The notes under the pieces: generated by a model
What the model was told of the DNA's origin: nothing
Seen by the model: only the letters and a program-made list of their open reading frames with translations
Database searches by the model: none
Shown here: one piece after another, positions 13,084-22,850 of the stretch
How the letters are laid out: each line of letters opens with the position of its first letter
How positions within the stretch are numbered: position 1 is the first letter of the stretch
Assembly: GCF_006345805.1 (NCBI RefSeq)
Contig: NC_042997.1
Location: 61,504,001 to 61,568,000, forward strand
Reading direction: 5' to 3'
From: Octopus sinensis
Taxonomy: Eukaryota
DNA length: 64,000 bases
Position numbers and translations under genes: made by a program

Positions 13084-14374
13084 TGCAATGCCAGTAATTT
13101 CAGGGGAGAGGGTAAGTATATATATATATATACACAGGCGTGGCTCTGTGGTAAAAAGTTTGCTTCCTAACCACATGGTTCCAGGTTCAGTCCCACTGCT
13201 TAGCACCTTGAGCAAGTGTTTTCTACTATAGCCTCAGGCTGACCAAAGCCTTGTGAGTGGATTTAGTAAATGGAAACTGTAAGAAGACAATTGTGTGTGT
13301 GTATGCATGTGTGTGTGTCGATGTTTGTCTCCACCACTGCTTGACAATTGGCATTGGTATGTTTATGTCCCCATAACTAAGATAGAATAAGTACCCGGCT
13401 TTAAAAAAAATATGCTGAGGTTTATTCATTCAGCTAAAATTCATCAATGTGGTACCCCAGCATGGCCACAGTCGGATGACAGAAACAAGTAAAAGATAAA
13501 AGATTTATGAAAAAGTGCAAGTGAAGAATGGAGATTATTGTCGGTATTTAATTCATTGTGTGTGCGTGTGTGTGAATAGACACACACACACATACATACA
13601 TGTGTATATATTTTGTGTCTTCTTAGTGTGTTTCATTGCACTCTTCACAAATGAAACTGTTTGTGCTTGTCAAAACCTGTCATATTTCCACTTTATATAT
13701 ATCCATCACAGTTCCTGCATATGTGCATAAATGGGTGTGTCTGTATATACATAAATACACACACACACACTTACATTGAAATATGCATGTAACATGCCCT
13801 CATAAATGCATACATATACATGTAAAAAATGTTTTAGCATTTGAACTACCCTGGAATATCTTCAATTTACGCTATTCAAATCTCCAGCTACTGTAATAAA
13901 TAATAAAACATTGAAGCATTTTAACATTTTCATATCAGAAATCTACATTTGAACTATATAGATAAAATAACCTTCAATCCAAACCATAATGGGCAGCTGT
14001 GGATATATCAAACTAGAAGAGAATATTTAAAGTACTATCCTCATATTAAGTCTTCCCTGTTTTAAAAAAATTAACCAAAGATTTGCATTATTTAGTATTT
14101 TGATATTGGTAATAAGTTATATAAAAGTTTCAGATGGATGTATGATACAAATATGTGGTTTATGATTCAATATTGTAAATATATAATAGTAAATAGATTT
14201 CCAAAGCAAAGAAATGTAATTCAAACAAATTGCCAAATGTATTTTCAAAAAGTAAGTATTTATTATTATTGTTGTTATTGCTGCTGCTGCTGCTGCCGCT
14301 GCTGCTGCTGCTGCTACTACTACTACTTCAGAGAAAATGTGTTTCTTTGGTTTCATATATCATTCCACTGAAGG

Positions 14375-14820
14375 TAGAAATTTTGGTTTCAAATTCTGGT
14401 GCAATGCCAGTAATTTCAGGGGAGAGGGTAAGTTGATTACATTGACCCCAGTGGTCATCTGGTACATCCCAAATGGATGAAAAGCAGTCAACCTCAGCAG
14501 AATTTGAACTTGGGATATAAAGATGGACAAAATACAGATAAGCATTTTGCTCAGTAACAATTCTACCAGCTCACCACCTTACTGAAAGCAGAAGTATTGG
14601 TTCTGAATTTTGGCACAAGGCCATCATGTTCAGGAGTGTGGGTAAGTTGATTACATCGACCCTAGTGTTCAACAGATGCTTATTTTATCAACCCTTAAAG
14701 GGATGAAAGGCAAAGTCGACCTCAGTGGCATTTGAACCCAGAACATGTAGATGGACAAATTGCTGCTAAGCATTTTTCCCAGTATGCTAACAAGTCTACT
14801 AACTCACTGCTTTACTGAAG
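14375..14820 (-). mobile_element. Two tandem copies of a second tRNA-derived SINE (family B)
   Basis: Minus heads such as GGTGGTGAGCTGGTAGAATTG with B-box-like GAGTTCAAATTC; body GTCGACTTTGCCTTTCATCC. Other copies at about 9010-9140(+), 25710-25850(-), 26230-26450(-), 29770-29990(-), 36950-37175(-), 43250-43470(+), 53895-54115(-), 59254-59690(+, two copies), 62920-63040(+). Confidence 0.75.
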
Positions 14821-15254
14821 GTGGAAATATTAAAATGTGAATTATTGAGTACATTTAATTCTGTTTTTCATTCCATCATCTAATAAGAAAAATGTGCCAT
14901 TAAAACTGTATTACCCGTGAGTGTGGACTTAATCCAACACATGGTTTAATACTACCATCTGGCCCTTATGTATCTTTAGCAGACCCCACGTTATTACAAG
15001 CATTTGGGAGTCAGGTCTTCAGTTTGAAGAGTACTTCTTCCTCTCAGTTTGAACTTGTAGGCCTTCAAAAATGAAACTTTAGGTGTTACACTCTTTCCCC
15101 CTCTGATTAAATAGAAAAAAGTTATTACTTAGCTTTATAATGTACAACTTGGTATATTAGCCTCAATATTCTGCTTATTGTCTGCACCATTATTCTTAAC
15201 AGAATTCTTCAGTCTTGAACACACACACACACACACAATAATAATAATAAAAAC

Positions 15255-15615
15255 TTCTTGGGTACACCATCCGAGCGTGATCGTTGCCAGAGCAGCCAAC
15301 TGGCTTCCGTACCTGTGGCACATAAAAGGGCACCATTCGAGCGTGATCGTTACCAACGTCGCTTCACTGGCACCTGTAAAAAGATTCAAGCGAGGTCATT
15401 GCTAGTACTGCCTGACTGGCCCCCGTGCAGGTGGCACGTAAAAAGCACCCACTACACTCTCGGAGTGGTTGGCGTTAGGAAGGGCATCCAGCTGTAGAAA
15501 CTCTGCCAGATCTAGACTGGAGCCTGGTGCAACCATCTGGTTGCCAGCCCTCAGTCAAAATCGTCCAACCCATGCTAGTATGGAAAACAGACGTTAAATG
15601 ATGATGATGATGATG
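15255..15615 (+). mobile_element. 3' end (UTR modules plus (ATG)n tail) of the RTE LINE family seen at 46925-48540
   Basis: GTGGCACGTAAAAAGCACC modules, GGAAGGGCATCCAGCTGTAGAAA, CCAACCCATGCTAGTATGGAAAA..GTTAAATGATGATG. Further copies at 18290-18575(+), 18830-19160(+), 33941-34420(-), 37186-37535(-), 51680-51858(-), 61060-61240(-). Confidence 0.75.
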
Positions 15616-15780
15616 AACAATTACTCTATTACAAAGCCTCAGATCTCCTTTACACTAGATTATTGCTAAAGGATACAAGATAAGGCATGTGCATGCATAT
15701 GTACACACAAATGCATGTACTCCTTAATGGCAATCTAATTTTCATTTTGATAGATGCCAAATGAAATATTTAATTTTTAT

Positions 15781-15950
15781 ATGCATTACAATTACCAAAT
15801 ATTTAATTCCACATGCATTACAGTTACTGAATATTTCATTAAGAATTATTGAAATTATCAGATATTAACTTTTACTTACATTGCAATTATCAAATATTGA
15901 AATATATATGCATTGCAATTATTAAAATATTTGATTTCACAATTATCAGA
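15781..15950. repeat. Degenerate AT-rich minisatellite, about 31-33 bp unit, about 5-6 copies
   Basis: Repeating unit approximates ATGCATT(A/G)CAATTATCAAATATTTAATTT. Confidence 0.6.
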
Positions 15951-16665
15951 GTCTGGTATTTATTCTATCGGGATCTTTTGCCAAACCTCTAAGATATGGA
16001 GATGTAAACAAACCAACACTGGCTGTCCCACTCACAAAGCTTTGGTCAGCCTAACTATGGTAGAACACACTTGTCCAAGGTGCCATGCAATGGGACTGAA
16101 CCTGAAGTCATGGGGTTGGGACGCAGACTACTTACCACAGCCACATCTAATATCTAATCTGATATCCACTGATAAGGTTTTGGAACAGTATGCAGTCCTA
16201 AAACAACTGAAAATATCCTAAATTTCATAGCATTTGAAAATAAATGCTCAATTTACTAGAAATAGCTGCCAAATTTTTCATACATCATACCAAATTTGGC
16301 AAGGAAGGAGATTCAGTAGGAAATATGTACACAGATCACAGGGATACTCATTCAGGTTTAACCTGGGGCTAAACATCAATATGCACATAGAAGACACACA
16401 ATACTGAACATATACATACATATTATATCATATTTCCATATCTCTCTTTCTACATCACAGGAATACTAATGACTCTATTTTTCAGCAACCTGGTAGGAAT
16501 GTACAGATACAGATCATAGGCCTACTCATTCAGAGTTAACTTGGGGTTAAACAACAATATAAACATAAAAGAGACACAATACTGAACACGTGTATTCATA
16601 TTATACTGTGTTTCCATCTCTCACTCACTCACTCACTTACTCACTCACTCACTCTCTCTCTCTCA

Positions 16666-16712
<47 letters not shown>

Positions 16713-16753
16713 CACAGGGATGCTAATGGCTCTATTGTTATATGTATTTGTAG

Positions 16754-16840
16754 GTTTGAAAGAGACCAAGTGATTGAAGGTCCTCCATATGCAGGACAGG
16801 ATCGACACAATGGAGAAATTGCAGCATTTCATTTAAGCAG
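16754..16840 (+). CDS. FAM20B: FAM20B internal coding exon (87 nt, phase 2-2): (R/K)FERDQVIEGPPYAGQDRHNGEIAAFHLS(R)
   Basis: tttgtag|G acceptor and AG|gtaatt donor. The peptide matches the FAM20B segment recalled as [29 protein letters not shown] and joins in frame to the exon at 38728. Confidence 0.93.
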
Positions 16841-16936
16841 GTAATTATGTGTGTGTATTTTGATGTTTGTTTGCTTCACAACTGCTATTTTTTTTTAGCA
16901 TGGTTAAATGAATGCATCTTATCAAGGCATTGTTTT

Positions 16937-17493
16937 GCCGAGTCTATTGTCAATATCGTCACTCCTCCTTCCTTCAAACTGGAAGGAAGAGCTATTTTCA
17001 TCATACTTGTGACTATGGCGAAAGAATGTATCTGGTAGACGCGTCTGAAAGGATTAAAGACAAACACTTTCCTCCCTGGTCAATCTCTCATCAACTTCTT
17101 CAAGTATCACTTGAAAAAGAAAGTGAGAGTAGAGAGGCAAGTTTTGTCTAGCGAATGTTTCAAAAAAAAGATGGGTGAATGTAGCAAAGATGGCACATAT
17201 GAATGACAAAGCCACCTTGAGCATAATCCTATGAACCCGGAAAAATTTAAAACAGACAGTTACCAAGGTTACCATGGCCTTTTCCATAGGCTTTTCTACA
17301 TCATGACATTTCTGTGATACATGATCCCTATTGATCGGTTTTTTTTCTTTTTTCTCTTTTTTTATGATCCCTTTTGATCGAAAACCTACACCCCTTTTTA
17401 TTTATTTATTTATTTTTTTCTCCCCAAAAAGAAAAGCTCTACTTTGTAATTTGTCCCCTCTGTGTTCAGCCCTCTGTGGCTAATAAAGAAACA
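16937..17493 (+). mobile_element. 5'-truncated Tx1/L1-clade LINE with 17-bp target-site duplication
   Basis: Flanked by identical TATCAAGGCATTGTTTT at 16920-16936 and 17494-17510. Encodes LVTMAKECIW*TRLKGL..FFKYHLKKKVRVERQVLSSECFKK. AATAAA at 17482-17487 precedes a short A-rich end. Confidence 0.75.
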
Positions 17494-20400
17494 TATCAAG
17501 GCATTGTTTTACAGCCAGGTGTTTTTCCTGTTGTTAACTTTTATCCCTTTCTCAAGTTAGGAAGCTTTTCATTTCACTCATCTTTGAAAATAGAGAACTA
17601 CCTAGCAATTTGTTACCCAGGAAATGTTAACAAACAACACCAGCCATAGCTCAGCTCAGTGTAGAATGTAAACATGCACATACACATAAATGTGTGCACG
17701 CACACGCACACACATGTACAATGGGCTTTGTGCAGTTTCTGTCTACCAGATTTGCCCTTAAGACATTGACTGTCATTTGGCTATAATAGACACGTCAAAA
17801 GTGCTGTACCCTGGGAATGAACTGAAAACTACATGCTTGGAAAGTGAACTGCTTAGCCACACAGTCTATATTATTTTTAATGGCTTACCCAGAAGAAGAA
17901 GAGCAACAACCTTGAATCTTTACAGAGTCTCTAAAATGGATTGGATAAAAGGAAGTGAGGCAGTTATGCTCAGGCGAGACACCTGGTATAAATTTACTTA
18001 ATGAACCCAGTAACTGTGAAGTTAAGATATTAAACTACCAATTATTTGATGGTAAATTACCATAACTATCATTTAACATTACCACAGCCATCATTTAACA
18101 CTGCCTTTCTTTCTGAAGCTTTTTGTTCCCTATGGAGCCAGGAAATCATGTATCTCCTTTATAGCAAGACACCTGTTTCTGCCTCTCTGTCTCTTTGTCA
18201 CATTCTAACCTTTCATCATCTGACAAGATCACCTCCTCCAATGTTCCCTCCTCTTTCAAAATTCCTTGTCTTGCAAGTTACTTGGTTACCCTGCTGGTGC
18301 CATGTAAAAAGTATCCGTCCACACTATGAAGTGGTTGGCATTTGGAAGGGCATCCAGCTGTAAAAACATGCCAAAACTGACCTCACCTGTGTTGGTGCTG
18401 CATAAAAATCACTCAGTTCACTTTATGGGGTGCTTGGTGTTAGGAAGGGCATCCAGCTGTAAAAGCCATGCCAAACAGACACAGTAGTCTGGTGTAGTCT
18501 TCAACCTGGCCAGCTCCTGTCAAACCGTCCAACCCATGCCAGCATGGAAGATTGACGTTAAATGATGATGATGGAGTATTGGCCATCAGTGACTTTCCTC
18601 CACTATACTTGACTCTGGGCTGTCTTTTTTGCTTGCCTCTAGTTGGATCCCTGCTTTTCCAGGTCTGCCTCAGTATCCTATCTGTCCTACCTCTGGCTAT
18701 TTTTAGAGCATCCTTCCTTCCACCTCCCTTGTTGATTCCAGATCTGGTCCTGACATCATGTTTCTCTTGATAGAAGGTATTCCTCTCCCAGATCTTATTG
18801 GTTTTGAAATATTATTGATAGTCATGGCCAATACCATTGTCATGTACCTGGCATGTAAAAAGCATCTTTCGAATTTTGGGCCTCGCAGAGGCAGTGACAT
18901 GTGACCAAGATCTTTGGCAATATACCATGCTTGAGAAGACTTGATAAGCTGGTGTTTCATAACTGGCATCCATGCTGATGGCACATGGAAAGCATCCACT
19001 ACAGTCTTGGAGTGGTTGGTGTTAGGAAGAGCATCCAGCTGTAAAAACCATGCAAAATTAGATTGGAACCTGGTGTAGCTTCCCAGCTTAGCAGTTTTCA
19101 GTGAAACTGCCCAACCCATGTCAGCATAGAAAACGGACGTTAAATGATGATGATGATGCTTCTGTAACTTTGCTTTCTTCTAGGTAGGGGTTCAACATGG
19201 GAGACCCTACCAGAAACATGCACACCACTGTTATAGCTCTCAGATTCATTGAGGCATACACATCACCACACCACAACAAGGACAAAATTTGTTTAGTTAA
19301 AAACATGTAAAATTCCTATTGCATGATTGTGTCCTTTGTAGTTTGAAGAGATTCAAACTTGAAAAATTCTCCTGAGATAAATTTAATATAGTTATAACTA
19401 TGTTTAACTTATATACTTTATTACAAAATAATAAACAATTCTAAGCACATTTTATGATGACAGCAATAATGACATATATTTACATTTGTTTTAAGTTTTC
19501 ACAGTGAAGTTTAACTGTATTAATTCTTTAGTATTCAAGCTGCTCTGTCAAGTGCAACATTTATTCACATTGTTTTGAATTAATCATGCAATATTTCATA
19601 GCTTCAAGATTTAAATGATGTGAGTATTTATCTTTAGAATGACATTGTAGGGTGGATGTGAGAGGCTGGATCTGGCCTTTTTGAACATAAAACATGTAGA
19701 ATGTTTGGGCCAGATATGGCTGCTTTAGATGGTAAAGGGTTACTTTAGGTTATGTGGTCAAGAAGCTCACTTTGCAATCACATAGTTTCAGGTTCAGTCC
19801 TAGTGGGTGGCACCTTGGACAAGTGTGTTCTACTATTGCTTCTAGCTGACCAATGCTTTGTAAGTGATCAATGCCTTGTTAAGAAGATCAGAACTGTGTG
19901 GTAGCCTGTTGTGCATGTGTATGTCTTTATATTTGTATTTGTCCCACTTCCACCACTTGACAACCAGTGTTAGCTTGTTTGCATCCCCATAACTTAGCCA
20001 TTGAGCAAAAGAGACTGATAGAATAAGCACCAGACTTCGTTAAAAATAAGTACTGAGGTCGATCAGTTCATTTAAACACTGCAAAGTGGTGTCCCATGCA
20101 TGACTGCAGTCCAATGACTGAAACAAGCAAAAGATAAAGATGATATATTAAATTTATCACAGATTTTCTTATGTATGTTGTGTTGTGCAAAAATATTTAT
20201 TAATAAACATTATTAATCAAAAAATTTGAGAAGAAAAGTCTGACCCTTCACTCATAAGTGGGTATGACCAGGTTGCTTGTACCATACTTTTGGTTAATTG
20301 TTTTAGGCATGGCTACCTTAGCAGCATTATAGGGCAAATCTATGCACTACGCTCAACAGTATTTATTTATTGACAACAAACCACCACTACATGGATTAAA

Positions 20401-20579
20401 ATTTGGCTCATAGACTTGTCAGGCCTCTGGGCTCACTACTCACTGTTCCAATACCTTAAGATGGCACTAGTTTTAGGTACCTATGTAGTTATGAGCAAAG
20501 GTAGGCACCATCTTAGACTCCCACCCTTGGGCCCAGTAGAACATCAAGGATGTGACAGATGGAGGGAGAGAGAGCAGCA

Positions 20580-20734
20580 CCAGTACTAGGTTGATACTCA
20601 TTTGCAGCTAAGTATCTTAGAATACACAATGTGAAATGAAGTGTGCTGCATAAGGATACAACTCACTGCCAGGTCCAGGAATTTAACCCATGTCCTTATG
20701 TTTGTGAACCCAATATCCTAACCACCAAGCCATG
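20580..20734 (-). mobile_element. tRNA-headed SINE (family C) fragment directly following the 5S-derived sequence
   Basis: Minus strand TGGCTTGGTGGTTAGG (A box)...GGTTAAATTCC (B box)...GTTGTATCCTTATGCAGCACACTTCATTTCAC, homologous to copies at about 1560-1680(+) and 63740-63995(-). Confidence 0.55.
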
Positions 20735-20796
20735 TCTCCCAAGTGGTCGTCTTGTTTCAGTGTTGCTTAATTTTGATGATCAGATGAGAACTGGTT
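20735..20796 (-). pseudogene. 5S rRNA-derived sequence, 3' part (nt about 28-65 and about 87-100, internal deletion)
   Basis: Minus strand CCAGTTCTCATCTGATCATCAAAATTAAGCAACACTGA...GACCACTTGGGA versus recalled invertebrate 5S CCGGTTCTCGTCCGATCACCGAAGTTAAGCAACGTCGA...GACCGCTTGGGA; mismatches are mostly transitions at CpG sites. Confidence 0.7.
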
Positions 20797-21420
20797 TAAC
20801 AAAGCACGCGGAATTCTGTTCTTGATTCGACGGTCATTCGGAATGCTCACAGCAGCCATATTCCTACCACTCTATGTCACGCTGGTGAGACCCATATTGG
20901 AGTATGGGATTCAAGCCTCTTCTCCTTATCTCCTCAAAGACACACAGCATCTCGAAAGAGTCCAGAAGCTGGCTACCCGCATGGTTCATGGTCTCAAAAA
21001 TTTGTCCTACGAAGAAAGGCTGAGGACGCTCGACCTTTATTCTCTTGAAAAACGCCGCCGCCGTGGTGATCTCATTCTCGCCCACAACATCATAAGCGGA
21101 AAGTGTAACCTCTCGAAAGAGCTGTTCTTCACTCCTGCTCCAGAGCATCGGCTGCAGGGTCATTCCGAAAAGCTCTACCTGCGACGATTTCATCTCAATC
21201 GAAGGAGAGGAGCTTTCTCCGTCCGGGTTGCGGATCCGTGGAACAAGCTGCCAGACGAGATGGTGAAGATGCCGACGACCGCTTTGTTCAAAGCCTCCCT
21301 GGACCTGAAGTAGCCTGAACTCTTTACATGAACACCACCCTGTACTTAACTCCATGTCCCCCTACATGGCCTTGCTATTTGCTTTTGAGCCAAATTAACT
21401 AACTAACTAACTAACTAACA
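20797..21420 (+). mobile_element. 5'-truncated CR1-clade LINE with (TAAC)6 tail, young
   Basis: NKARGILFLIRRSF..LYVTLVRPILEY..LERVQKLATRMV..YEERLRTLDLYSLEKRRRRGDLI..(R)GH..WNKLP; short 3' UTR and TAAC microsatellite tail. Confidence 0.9.
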
Positions 21421-21447
21421 TTTTCTTAATGTGATATCATTGCAAGT
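21421..21447 (-). pseudogene. 5S rRNA-derived sequence, 5' part (nt about 1-27), separated from the rest by the CR1 insertion
   Basis: Minus strand ACTTGCAATGATATCACATTAAGAAAA aligns without gaps to the recalled 5S start GCTTACGACCATATCACGTTGAATGCA, and its length restores the spacing to CCAGTTCTC on the far side of the CR1. Confidence 0.5.
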
Positions 21448-22249
21448 GTGTCTAAATTACATTTTTTAAAAACACCATTTTGACTAAGCTGGCATTGTAG
21501 ACTATTTACAAAATACTATTGTTGTTGGTAATGTTGTAATGTCTACTTTTCCGTGTTAGCATGAAGTCTGCTAAACAGCATATTATCAAGCACATTGATA
21601 TTTTATAATTTCATCTTTGAAGCCTAGCATCCTGGAATCTGATTACACTTATTCCCATGACTTTTTTGATCTTCTTCCACAAGTACTTTCCTCCAATAGC
21701 TCACATCACATTTTCAACTAATATTTATTATCCATCCTATCACAGTCATTGCTCCTGCATCATGTTTGGTAAGTTCACCATCATCAATTCACTGTTTTTT
21801 TGTGTTTTTTCCAATATAATAATTTTAACTATTATTGGTGAGATACTATGAATATATTTTCTTGATAAACTTTCCTCATAGTGAACTTTCTTCTTGGTGA
21901 ATTGATGGCAGTGTACTTCCCTTGTGGTTAATTGGTGGTGGTAAACTTACCTATAATCCTCTTGCATACAACAGCTGATACCTTTAATACCCAACCATTT
22001 CCAACACACTTTCTATCTTTTAAGCAGATTAATATAACACACTCACTGTTTCATACTCACTTTATCCAGCCCCCACTGAACTTCCACATTCAGTGTAGTT
22101 GCACAGTTTTCACATATGTTCCATAGTGTTTATTTTTACACAAAGAAAAGCCCTGTGTTATCAGCCTAGATAGCATTTCAGTGAACCTCTATGCCTTTAT
22201 GAAAAAGAAACAAAAATGAAAACATTATTACTTATAAGCAGTTATATTG

Positions 22250-22850
22250 ACATGGATTGGCTTTGTGGTAAGAAACTTAGACAAGTGTCTTCTGCTAGAA
22301 CCTTGGGACAACCAAAGCCTTGCAAGTGGATTTGGTAGATGGAAACTGGAAGAAGCCCATGGTGTATACATACGTGTGTGTGTGTATGTCTTTGTTTCTA
22401 TGTTTGTCCCCCACCACAGCTTGACAACTGGTGTTGGTGTGTTTGCATCCTTGTAATTTAGCTGTTTTCCAAAAGAAACTGATAGAATATGGTCTTGGCT
22501 TAGAAAAACAAATAATTACTGGAGTCAATTCATTTGACTAAAAATTCTTACTCTATCGATCTCTTTGACCAAATCATTAAGTTACAAAGACAGAAACACA
22601 CCAAGAAACACTGTCAAGCAGTGGTAGGGCACAAACACACACACACACACACCTCACACATATGTGCATGCACAACACACACACACACATGTATATGATG
22701 GGCTTCTTTCAAGTTTCCATCTACAAAATCCACTCACAAGATTTTGGTCAGTCTAAGGCCATAGTAGAAGTCACTTGCTCAAGCTGCCATGCAATGGGAC
22801 TGAACCCAGAACCATGTGGTTTGGAAGCACACATCCATGCCTGTGCCAGT
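22250..22850. repeat. Adjacent inverted pair of family A SINEs (+ 22250-22545, - 22546-22850)
   Basis: The body and head of the second copy are the reverse complement of the first (e.g. GTGGATTTGGTAGATGGAAACT versus AGTTTCCATCTACAAAATCCAC). Confidence 0.75.

Noticed and set aside
14255-14326. Poly-Ala/Leu/Cys coding repeat
   Set aside because: Compound trinucleotide microsatellite (TAT-TGT-TGC-TAC) with no splice context.
1-16753. Upstream FAM20B exon ending in the VFKPK motif
   Set aside because: Scanned by eye and found no matching exon with a phase-2 donor; probably outside the window, though a miss is possible.
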